Origin: Candidatus Omnitrophota bacterium
GTDB lineage: Bacteria > Omnitrophota > Gorgyraeia > 2-01-FULL-45-10
Assembly: GCA_023818895.1 (NCBI GenBank)
Contig: JAMWCX010000002.1
Location: 390,001 to 422,000 of the forward strand
Direction: 5' to 3'
DNA length: 32,000 nucleotides
Shown here: positions 16,698 through 24,272 of the stretch, one piece after another
Numbering within the stretch: the first letter of the stretch is position 1
Layout: each line of letters starts with the position of its first letter
The notes under the pieces: generated by a model
Database searches by the model: none
What the model was told of the DNA's origin: nothing
What the model saw: the letters and a program-made list of their open reading frames with translations, nothing else
Program-made: the position numbers and the translations under genes

Positions 16698-16739
16698 AAA
16701 ACAAAAACCTCTACTGTTCGGAGTCTAACAGTAGAGGTT
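16698..16739 (-). terminator. Rho-independent terminator closing the pst-phoU transcription unit
   Basis: On the minus strand: AACCTCTACTGTT-agactccg-AACAGTAGAGGTT, a perfect 13-bp stem, followed by TTTGTTTT. Confidence 0.75.
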
Positions 16740-16893
16740 ATTATCCTTTCGGCCCTGAAAGGCTATTTTCGGCGAACCTCATCGCCTCTTAATGCGCTAT
16801 TATTTTACTATGCCACCTGACAAGTTTCAATAAAAATAACCGCCGGCGGGATAGAGACTGAGATTCGCGCATCTTCAGCGCCGGGCGGACGTC

Positions 16894-17571
16894 TCAGGTA
16901 TCTCCTTTTAGCTTCTCGGGGTGATGCTTCACCACTTCCGCCTGGACCATGTAAATCACGTCTTCGGCTATATTTGTTGCATGATCGCATATACGTTCAA
17001 GGAAGCGCGCTATTAGTAGGAGCTGGACCGCTCGAGGAGCTGTTGAGGCATCCTTAGCCATGTAATCTTCTATGAGTTCCTTCGTGATCTGATTACGCAA
17101 TTTGTCGGCTTCTCCATCGGACAATATTGCTTTCTTGGCAAGCTCGACATCTCCATTGATAAACGCATCTACTGCCATCTTCACCATGTCTTCCGCTATG
17201 ACAGTCAACTTTGGTATATCAACAAGGGGTTTAAGAAGAGGCTTGTCCACAATCTCCAGCACACGCTGTGCTATATCAACGGCTATATCCGCGATTCTTT
17301 CGAGCTCGGAATTTAACTTCATGCCGACCGTTATAAAACGCAGATCCTTAGCCAGCGGCTGATGACGGGCAATAAGAGCTACGCATTTTTCGTCGATAAT
17401 TAGTTCGAGCTTATCTATGGCGACGTCATTATCGATAACGCTCTTCGCAAGCGCTTTGTCCTGGTTTTTGAGCGATTCGATGGATTTGTGAATTGCCTCC
17501 TGCGCAAAAACTCCCATTTTCAATATATCCTGATTCAGGTCTTTTAATTCCTCATCAAAATGCCTTTGCAT
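16894..17571 (-). CDS. phoU: Phosphate signalling complex protein PhoU
   Basis: MQRHFDEELKDLNQDILKMG... with the two-repeat PhoU architecture (..ELERIADIAVDIA.. and ..FLERICDHATNIAEDV..). Confidence 0.93.
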   Translation of the reverse strand: MQRHFDEELKDLNQDILKMGVFAQEAIHKSIESLKNQDKALAKSVIDNDVAIDKLELIIDEKCVALIARHQPLAKDLRFITVGMKLNSELERIADIAVDIAQRVLEIVDKPLLKPLVDIPKLTVIAEDMVKMAVDAFINGDVELAKKAILSDGEADKLRNQITKELIEDYMAKDASTAPRAVQLLLIARFLERICDHATNIAEDVIYMVQAEVVKHHPEKLKGDT

Positions 17572-17574
17572 AGC

Positions 17575-18003
17575 TTATCTCCTTTTTCGACCTTCTGAGC
17601 GTAATATAGATTCTGCGAGATTTTTAACTTTATATCTAATCTTGCTTCTCACCTCTCTAAAAAATTCAATATCTCGCCCTTTGGGGTCATCTATCTCCCA
17701 GGCGAGGTGTTCATCCGCCGGAACGAATGGGCATACATCACCGCATCCTAACGTTATGACAGTATCAAATTTTTTTACGCCTAATTCGTCAAAACCTTTC
17801 GATCTATAATCAGAGATATCGATACCGACTTCCCTCATCACTTCGATCGCCATGGGGTCGACCCTTCCCGACGGCTTTGATCCTGCGCTATATGCTTCAA
17901 ATATATCTTTACCGAAACTCTTAGCAAAACCTTCCGCCATTTGGCTGCGGCAAGAATTTTCGGTGCATACAAATAGTATTTTCTTCTTGTCTTGTCGCGC
18001 CAT
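17575..18003 (-). CDS. arsC: Low-molecular-weight phosphatase family protein / arsenate reductase ArsC-type
   Basis: KKILFVCTENSCRSQMAEG (the C-x5-R P-loop) and VITLGCGDVCPFVP...WEIDDPKG. I prefer ATG 18003 to the track's 18024 because it removes the overlap with the upstream gene. Confidence 0.8.
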   Translation of the reverse strand: MARQDKKKILFVCTENSCRSQMAEGFAKSFGKDIFEAYSAGSKPSGRVDPMAIEVMREVGIDISDYRSKGFDELGVKKFDTVITLGCGDVCPFVPADEHLAWEIDDPKGRDIEFFREVRSKIRYKVKNLAESILRSEGRKRR

Positions 18004-18004
18004 C

Positions 18005-18400
18005 TTATTTCTTATCCAGATCAAAATGTATCTTCCTCGGAAGCTCTGTCCTTACACGAAGTTTCGCTTCCTGCGCCGGTAGATTTCCTTCAATCGGAGC
18101 GGCCCGCACCCTTATATATTCATCCTTTTCCAAAATACCGGTAAACCGATACACAAGCGGTGTTGTACCTATATTTTTACCATTCCATTGTATTCGGGCG
18201 CGATACGGTTCTGAGGTAATTTCTATTTCGTACTCGTTATATTGATATGACTTACCGTCATACCAATAATTATTTGGCGGTACAGGGTTCAGCTCAAATG
18301 CGCCAATTGTATCCAACACATTTTCCGCATAGGTGTTTTTTACGGCTTCTGATGACGATAAAATCAAAAAACAGACGATAAGAGAAATACCCTTCCTCAT
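18005..18400 (-). CDS. Small secreted protein with a PEGA-like domain
   Basis: Signal peptide [19 protein letters not shown], then [29 protein letters not shown], which resembles a PEGA motif. The start overlaps the pstB stop by 4 nt. Confidence 0.55.
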   Translation of the reverse strand: MRKGISLIVCFLILSSSEAVKNTYAENVLDTIGAFELNPVPPNNYWYDGKSYQYNEYEIEITSEPYRARIQWNGKNIGTTPLVYRFTGILEKDEYIRVRAAPIEGNLPAQEAKLRVRTELPRKIHFDLDKK

Positions 18401-19155
18401 CCGAACCTTCCCGTTATATAATCCTCCGTAATCTTTCTGCTCGGTTTTGTGAAGATAATGCTCGTTATATTATATTCGATAAGCTCTCCGAGCATAAAAA
18501 ATGCCGTGAAGTCAGAGATCCTAGCGGCCTGCTGCATATTATGAGTTACTATGACTATAGTATATTTCTTCTTAAGCTCCTGTATCAGTTCCTCTATCTT
18601 TAGCGTCGCTGTAGGATCGAGTGCTGACGCCGGCTCATCCATGAGGAGTATCTCCGGTTCTACTGCTAATGCCCGGGCTATGCAAAGCCGCTGCTGCTGG
18701 CCACCCGATAATTCGAAGGCGTTCTTGTTCAGCCTATCCTTGACCTCATCCCATAGAGCGGCATCTTTTAGGCTCTTTTCGACCGCCTCCTCTATACGGT
18801 AGCGGTCCTTTTCCCCGTTTATACGAAGGCCGTACGCGACATTTTCGAATATCGATTTAGGAAATGGGTTCGACTTCTGGAATACCATGCCAACTTTTCT
18901 TCTCACGCCAACCACATCTATATCGTCATCATATATATTTCTCCCATCTATCACTATCCTGCCTTCGGCTCTCGCGCCGAGTATAGTATCATTCATACGG
19001 TTTATGCTCCGCAGGAAGGTGGACTTACCACAGCCCGAAGGACCTATAATACCTGTCACCCGATTTTCCGGTATTTCCATTGATATATTCTTAAGTACTT
19101 TGACACCGCCGTAGTAGAAGTTAAAATTATGTACTGTGATCTTGCAGTTATCCAT
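18397..19155 (-). CDS. pstB: Phosphate ABC transporter ATP-binding protein
   Basis: Walker [10 protein letters not shown], signature LSGGQQQRL, Walker B ILLMDEP, and the PstB-typical RMNDTI motif. Confidence 0.95.
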   Translation of the reverse strand: MDNCKITVHNFNFYYGGVKVLKNISMEIPENRVTGIIGPSGCGKSTFLRSINRMNDTILGARAEGRIVIDGRNIYDDDIDVVGVRRKVGMVFQKSNPFPKSIFENVAYGLRINGEKDRYRIEEAVEKSLKDAALWDEVKDRLNKNAFELSGGQQQRLCIARALAVEPEILLMDEPASALDPTATLKIEELIQELKKKYTIVIVTHNMQQAARISDFTAFFMLGELIEYNITSIIFTKPSRKITEDYITGRFG

Positions 19156-19159
19156 TTAA

Positions 19160-20014
19160 TTACTCCGTTTTCACCTTTCTAAGATTATATCTCAAGACCA
19201 CAGCAAATAGGTTCATCACAAAGATAAGCGCTATCAAAACCAGAGCAGTCCCATACGCAAGCGGCCGAACCTTTGAGATGGCATGATGCTGAGTCGACAT
19301 TATATAAAGGTGATATGGCAAAGCCATGAACTGACTGAAAAGCGATTTTGGCAAAAACGGCAGGAAAAACGCCACTCCGGTAAAAAGTATGGGCGCAGTC
19401 TCCCCGGCGGCACGCGAAAGGCCCAATATCGTCCCAGTAAGCATGCCGGGAACCGCGTATGGAAGAACATTTGTCCTTATGGACTGCCATTTGGTCGCTC
19501 CAAGGGCAAGCGCTCCCTCGCGATAAGATTTTGGCACGTTTTTAAGCGCCTCTTCACTGGCGGTAATGGTCCATGGAAGCGTCATAAGACCCAAAGTAAG
19601 CCCTGCCGAAAGGACACATGTTCCAAATCTCATGAGCTGCACAAATAAAATCACGCCGAATAATCCGTAAACTATCGATGGAACACCGGATAGATTTCTT
19701 ATAGACATGCGGATAATTCGGTTAAGCAGATTATCCTTCGCGTATTCATTTAAGTATATGGCACATCCCATGCCAAGAGGCACCGCCAGGATAGCCGTAA
19801 TGATAGTGACCAGAAAAGTCCCGATTATCGCCGGAAGTATTCCCCCTTCAGTCATCCCGTTCTTAGGCATGGTCGTCAGAAATTCCCAGTTGATGCTGCC
19901 AATGCCCTTACTTACTATATCATATAAGATAATGACTAAAGCCAGCAGAACAGCTCCGACACATAATTTTAAGAAAATAAAGCCGATGGCCTCGGCGAGC
20001 TGTCCTCTTTTCAT
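19160..20014 (-). CDS. pstA: Phosphate ABC transporter permease PstA
   Basis: 284-aa polytopic permease with an EAA-loop region (ASEEALKNVPKSYREGALALGATKWQ). It directly abuts pstC. Confidence 0.9.
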   Translation of the reverse strand: MKRGQLAEAIGFIFLKLCVGAVLLALVIILYDIVSKGIGSINWEFLTTMPKNGMTEGGILPAIIGTFLVTIITAILAVPLGMGCAIYLNEYAKDNLLNRIIRMSIRNLSGVPSIVYGLFGVILFVQLMRFGTCVLSAGLTLGLMTLPWTITASEEALKNVPKSYREGALALGATKWQSIRTNVLPYAVPGMLTGTILGLSRAAGETAPILFTGVAFFLPFLPKSLFSQFMALPYHLYIMSTQHHAISKVRPLAYGTALVLIALIFVMNLFAVVLRYNLRKVKTE

Positions 20015-20902
20015 TTATTTGATCACCCTTTGGTATTTATGAAGGATTATGTCTGATATCATGTTGATAACAAATGTGATTATGAACAAGACAAGCCCTA
20101 TCGCGAAGAGCGCATAATAATGAGTGGTGTCATAAGGCACCTCGCCCAGTTCAATAGCGATGGTCGCGGTCATCGTCTGGACTGAATCGAGAAAGCTCTT
20201 CGGCATGGCAAGCGCGCAGCCGGTTGCCATAAGGACAGTCATCGTCTCTCCTATAGCCCTGCCCATACCCAGCATGCTTGCCGCTATGATACCTGACAAG
20301 GCCGCCGGGATCTTCACGCGCGTAAGCGTCTGCCATTTTGTCGCGCCCAGGGCCAGGGACGCTTCCTCAAATGATTTCGGAACACCTTTAAGAGCCTCCT
20401 CAGAAAGGCTTATTATAGTCGGAAGCGCCATTATAGCCAAAAGAATGGCACCATTAAGAGCATTCAAACCGTTCGAAAGACGAAATATCTTCGCAATAAC
20501 AGGCCCGACCAGCACTATCCCTAGAAACCCTATAACAACAGACGGTATACCCGCCAGTATCTCTACCAGTGGTTTAAAAATTTCCCGAACCCTATAACTA
20601 GCAACATCAGAAAGATAAGCGGCGGTACCAACACCCAACGGCAAGGCAATAAATAGGGCGCCTATCGATACCATAAAAGTGCTGACGATCATCGACCATA
20701 TTCCATAAGAGGGCTCAACAAATGACGCTGTGGGGTTCCATTTAAAGCTAAAGAGAAAGTGTAAAAGGCTTATTTCCTTAAAGGCAGGCATCGATTTTGT
20801 TATGAGAAGAACAAAAATGCCCACGAGCACCACGATGACTAAGACGCCATTAAAGAAAAATAGGCCATGGATTGTATTCTCTTTAATTCTGGAATAAGCC
20901 AT
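20015..20902 (-). CDS. pstC: Phosphate ABC transporter permease PstC
   Basis: 295-aa permease with LSEEALKGVPKSFEEASLALGATKWQTL. Confidence 0.9.
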   Translation of the reverse strand: MAYSRIKENTIHGLFFFNGVLVIVVLVGIFVLLITKSMPAFKEISLLHFLFSFKWNPTASFVEPSYGIWSMIVSTFMVSIGALFIALPLGVGTAAYLSDVASYRVREIFKPLVEILAGIPSVVIGFLGIVLVGPVIAKIFRLSNGLNALNGAILLAIMALPTIISLSEEALKGVPKSFEEASLALGATKWQTLTRVKIPAALSGIIAASMLGMGRAIGETMTVLMATGCALAMPKSFLDSVQTMTATIAIELGEVPYDTTHYYALFAIGLVLFIITFVINMISDIILHKYQRVIK

Positions 20903-20932
20903 GGCCTATTTTTCCCTTACGATACTTATAAA

Positions 20933-21874
20933 TTATTTTGCGTATTCGCCCTGAACTGATCTGACCTTACCAGCAAGTGGTTGACTAACCTCATAACTTC
21001 TGCCCAGAGTCGAGTCATTATACCTCTGGTATTCCTCAGGAATGGCGAAAAACCCCTCTTTTTCGATGATCGCCTGTCCTTCACTACTGAGCTCGAACTC
21101 AAGAAAATCTTTAACTACTCCTGTAGGGATACCATTAATATACTGATTAAGCGGCCGCGAAACAGGGTACTTACCACTCTTCACATCAGCGCTGTTTAAC
21201 GGACTGTAGTAACCCAAGGCTGGATTACGCGCAACATCAAGCACTGTAATGCCACTGGCGTCTTTCGCATACCCAACCCCTACGTAACCAATACCGGATT
21301 TGTCCTGTTTTATCGCCTCTATGATTTGCGCGTTGCCATTCATACTCTTAAGTGCTGAAGAGTATTCGCCTTTCATCACGACCTCTTTCATGAAGTCGTA
21401 AGTTCCGGAATTAGATTGTCTTCCGTACAGTGTAATAGGCAAGTTCTCGCCGCCGACATCTGCCCAGTTCGTAATTTCTCCTCTATATATCTTGCCGATT
21501 TGGTCAATCGTCAGTTTCTTAACTGGATTTTGAGCATTTGTGACAATGCTTAAGCCGTCTATCGCAACAACCACACGCTTAGGATCAACTCCTTTGGCCA
21601 TTGCTTTCTCAACCTCTGATGCCTTCATATCGCGTGAAGCGTTGGCAATATCGCATGTTTTGTTTATCATAGCCGCTATACCTGTACCCGAGCCGCCGCC
21701 GGTAACGGCAATCATCGTTCCTGGCTTTTTAGCCATATATACTTCGGCAAGTTTCTGCACTACATTAATGAGAGTATCGGAGCCTTTAATCTGTATCATA
21801 TCCTTTGCCCAACACAGATGGGCACTGAATAAACCTATAAGCAAAAATACAATTATTTTTCGTAATCTGTTCAT
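20933..21874 (-). CDS. pstS: Phosphate-binding protein PstS (PBP-like)
   Basis: Signal peptide, then IKGSDTLINVVQKLAEVYMAKKPGTMIAVTGGGSGTGIAAM...RQSNSGTYDF. Confidence 0.88.
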   Translation of the reverse strand: MNRLRKIIVFLLIGLFSAHLCWAKDMIQIKGSDTLINVVQKLAEVYMAKKPGTMIAVTGGGSGTGIAAMINKTCDIANASRDMKASEVEKAMAKGVDPKRVVVAIDGLSIVTNAQNPVKKLTIDQIGKIYRGEITNWADVGGENLPITLYGRQSNSGTYDFMKEVVMKGEYSSALKSMNGNAQIIEAIKQDKSGIGYVGVGYAKDASGITVLDVARNPALGYYSPLNSADVKSGKYPVSRPLNQYINGIPTGVVKDFLEFELSSEGQAIIEKEGFFAIPEEYQRYNDSTLGRSYEVSQPLAGKVRSVQGEYAK

Positions 21875-21936
21875 ACTTTCACCTTTCCTTTTTACATTAT
21901 TTATATTTTTTGACTATAGAAGAATATCCTGCGCCG

Positions 21937-21975
21937 GTGACATAATTGTGACAAGCTTGTGAACTCTTTGTGAAC
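21937..21975 (-). promoter_or_regulatory. Two tandem Pho boxes (four 11-bp-phased direct repeats) upstream of pstS
   Basis: The minus strand reads AGTTCACAAAG AGTTCACAAGC TTGTCACAATT ATGTCAC. Hexamers start at 21975, 21964, 21953 and 21942. Compare the E. coli Pho box, CTGTCAT-N4-CTGTCAT. Possible -10 elements are GATATT (21927-21922) or TATAGT (21918-21913). Confidence 0.65.
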
Positions 21976-21992
21976 TTTTAAGCCGTTCAGAA

Positions 21993-23417
21993 TCAGAATT
22001 TAGTTACAACGTCAATCTGCAGCTCGTTCCAGGGTTGGACTTTGTCCCAGCTTTTGATCGGCTTCATCCAATAATATTCGAAATTGAGTGTCGTATTCTT
22101 AAGCAGCTGATATTCAAAGGCCATATTGATACCCTTGCCGTTCGTACCCCCTTCGGCCGGATATCCGTTAGTAAAATTATTGGCAGCGGTAGCGTTCTGC
22201 CATGTCCCAAATCCATAGAAATCCGAATCGGGCATGAAATCCGGGATAGCATTGCGCTCAATAAATCTCCATTCTGCACGCGCCTTCCAATCGCCTGGTT
22301 CTTTGAGTTTCTTCTTGCCTATATATCCTCCTAACAGCGCACCCTTATTCATCGTCTGGTCGTGACAACCAGTATTGTAGATGAAGTCTGCATAAAACCC
22401 GTGCGGAAAAGACCAGTCACCTATCTTTGAGTTATCTATATTTATAAGAAGATCTAACACGTTGAACTCATATGCGTAAGTACCGAGAAGGGCCGAATTG
22501 GCCGACACCGCCACAAGTCCGCCTATATCGCGCTCCGATACGCGGGTATTTGTGCCAGCGCTTGCTGTGTTTGGCGTTTTATTCTTCAAGTTTGCGAAAT
22601 TGTAGAAAGTTGCCGCTACATTTAAAATAGAATCAAGAGGACCAAATGCTTCTGTCTTAATCCCCATCTGCCAAGCAAAAAGGAGGGGATCGGTATTCAG
22701 ATTTGCCGCTTCATTTAACCAATGCATGCCTGTATTCGAATAAAAATTTATGCTCGGCAGATTGTACAACTTTATATCCGGTGAGGAGTATTGCAGTGCC
22801 ATACCTGTAGGATTTATATCCGAATCCCAGACCATCTCAGAATACTCATATGGTATGGCAAACTTTCCAGCCCACAGCTTCAGGTCGCTGAAATACTGAC
22901 CATATTTTCTTATTAGCTCGCTTGGGGCCTCAAACCTCATATAATATTGATCAAACATGGTAAAATCCTTCTCAAAATAGCCATCCATCGTGTCATTGGT
23001 AGAGCGGGATCCTGTGCCACCACCCGCAAACCGCACCCCCGCATATGTGAAATCATTAACTTTGCCTTCCATATAGAAGCGGCCGCGAATCCTTTCCCTT
23101 ATTCGCTGTTCATCAAGGCCTGCCACGTTATTAGATGTCGGCGACTTCCCCCAGTCTCCCTGAGTCCTGAACCTCACATCTCCGCCCCACTTTATCCTCT
23201 GACTCCATCCAGGCGCAGAGATAGACTTAGCCTGCGAGAGATCCTTCGAGGCTTGTAGTTTAGTCTCATCCGCGATTATCTGCGCCTCAGCGGGAGTAAG
23301 AATATTTTTCTCCACTAATTTGGTAAGAAGGATATCGATTTCACCTGCTTGCGCCCGACTTGTCCAATATCCCAGGAATAATATCGTTATCATAAAAATT
23401 AACATCGTTTTTTTCAT
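21993..23417 (-). CDS. Outer-membrane porin-like beta-barrel protein (candidate phosphate/anion porin)
   Basis: Signal peptide MKKTMLIFMITILFLGYWTSRAQA from ATG 23417, with AAGGAGAGG 7 nt upstream (the track lists 23438). Alternating amphipathic, Tyr/Gly/Asn-rich sequence. The C-terminal residue is Phe (..IDVVTKF). It lies immediately upstream of pstS. Confidence 0.65.
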   Translation of the reverse strand: MKKTMLIFMITILFLGYWTSRAQAGEIDILLTKLVEKNILTPAEAQIIADETKLQASKDLSQAKSISAPGWSQRIKWGGDVRFRTQGDWGKSPTSNNVAGLDEQRIRERIRGRFYMEGKVNDFTYAGVRFAGGGTGSRSTNDTMDGYFEKDFTMFDQYYMRFEAPSELIRKYGQYFSDLKLWAGKFAIPYEYSEMVWDSDINPTGMALQYSSPDIKLYNLPSINFYSNTGMHWLNEAANLNTDPLLFAWQMGIKTEAFGPLDSILNVAATFYNFANLKNKTPNTASAGTNTRVSERDIGGLVAVSANSALLGTYAYEFNVLDLLINIDNSKIGDWSFPHGFYADFIYNTGCHDQTMNKGALLGGYIGKKKLKEPGDWKARAEWRFIERNAIPDFMPDSDFYGFGTWQNATAANNFTNGYPAEGGTNGKGINMAFEYQLLKNTTLNFEYYWMKPIKSWDKVQPWNELQIDVVTKF

Positions 23418-23454
23418 TAAACACCTCTCCTTTTTCATATTTTTGGCTACCCTA

Positions 23455-23673
23455 TTAATTTATATGCTCGAAGGCTGCCTTACGGATCTTCTTGAGTTTA
23501 TTCTCGATCTCGCGCATTTGACTAGCATAATATGCGCGCTGCTCTTTCCATCGCTCATCTGTCTCCATTTGGCAAAGGATCGCTTTAAGGTGATCCGCCT
23601 GAGCTCTCACGCTCCCTATTATAAGCTCATCTGCAAACAATTCCTCACCCCCTTTCTTATAAACTTGGAGCAT
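23455..23673 (-). CDS. Hypothetical 72-aa helical protein
   Basis: GAGGGT lies 7 nt upstream of the ATG. The sequence is charged and coiled-coil-like (..ERWKEQRAYYASQMREIENKLKKIRK..). It ends 37 nt before my preferred porin start (ATG 23417). Confidence 0.45.
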   Translation of the reverse strand: MLQVYKKGGEELFADELIIGSVRAQADHLKAILCQMETDERWKEQRAYYASQMREIENKLKKIRKAAFEHIN

Positions 23674-23781
23674 ATAATTACCCTCTATCGCCTATAGAAA
23701 TTATCCATGTGAGCAAGTTCGGCATGACAGATTTGTATCAACCAATTCCCAATAGCGCGAATTGCTGTGATTAATAATTCT

Positions 23782-23991
23782 CTAAACATATATCGAGTGC
23801 TCCATATCAATGTTTATAGGACTAAGTGTGGCAACGTCTTTGGTGCTTCCGCTGCAAAAAACCGGACAGAGTTCATAGAGACTAAAGCAGTAGTTTTCTC
23901 TTTCGAACAAAGACGGAACCATGCCATCGGCCATGCGATGATTACAAATGGCAAGTTCACTTTTGGAACTTATGCATGGACACAGTGTCAT
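23782..23991 (-). CDS. Hypothetical Cys-rich 69-aa protein
   Basis: GGAGGG lies 3 nt (AAA) upstream of the ATG. Cysteines sit at positions 4, 6, 16, 35, 42 and 46 (MTLCPCISS..AICNH..YCFSLYELCPVFC). I recognise no family. Confidence 0.45.
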   Translation of the reverse strand: MTLCPCISSKSELAICNHRMADGMVPSLFERENYCFSLYELCPVFCSGSTKDVATLSPINIDMEHSIYV

Positions 23992-24019
23992 TTTCCCTCC
24001 TGCAATTACCTAAAATACA

Positions 24020-24166
24020 CTATTGATCGTCTTCGCAACATCGTTTCCACATTTCAATGATAAAAGCGGTTTTGTTTCGATTAGGCCTGACGAAACGAAA
24101 TAGTAGCCATAAAAAAGTTATCAGCAAAGCGACCGCTATGATTATCTGTAATATATCGCCTATCAT
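24020..24166 (-). CDS. Unlisted 48-aa single-TM peptide with a C-terminal CC motif
   Basis: Below the track's size cutoff. AGAGGTGA lies 4 nt (CGAG) upstream of ATG 24166. Sequence MIGDILQIIIAVALLITFLWLLFRFVRPNRNKTAFIIEMWKRCCEDDQ, stop TAG at 24020-24022. A Pho-box-like promoter sits directly upstream. Confidence 0.5.
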   Translation of the reverse strand: MIGDILQIIIAVALLITFLWLLFRFVRPNRNKTAFIIEMWKRCCEDDQ

Positions 24167-24190
24167 CTCGTCACCTCTTTTTTCACTGCA

Positions 24191-24245
24191 AGTATAACTT
24201 CAAGAGGTGACAAAATCCTTAACGGAATGTAAATTGTGTGTGAAC
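24191..24245 (-). promoter_or_regulatory. Pho-box-like promoter for the small-ORF set
   Basis: The minus strand reads GTTCACACACA ATTTACATTCC GTTAAGGATTT TGTCAC. This is four 11-bp-phased hexamers; the outer two are good matches and the inner two match 4 of 6 positions. After a 10-nt gap comes TATACT (24196-24191). Confidence 0.45.
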
Positions 24246-24272
24246 TTTACAGAGGCGATGTCAGATAGACTT

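Noticed and set aside
16740-16893. Several short hairpins in the 150 nt between the phoU stop and the strong terminator (CCGCCGGCGG+T-run, GGCGA/TCGCC, CCTTTC/GAAAGG)
   Set aside because: The stems are short (4-6 bp), and one would leave too small a loop. They could form a structured 3' UTR, but I cannot support an sRNA call. The 60-aa ORF at 16808-16990 overlapping this region is low-complexity and was also rejected.
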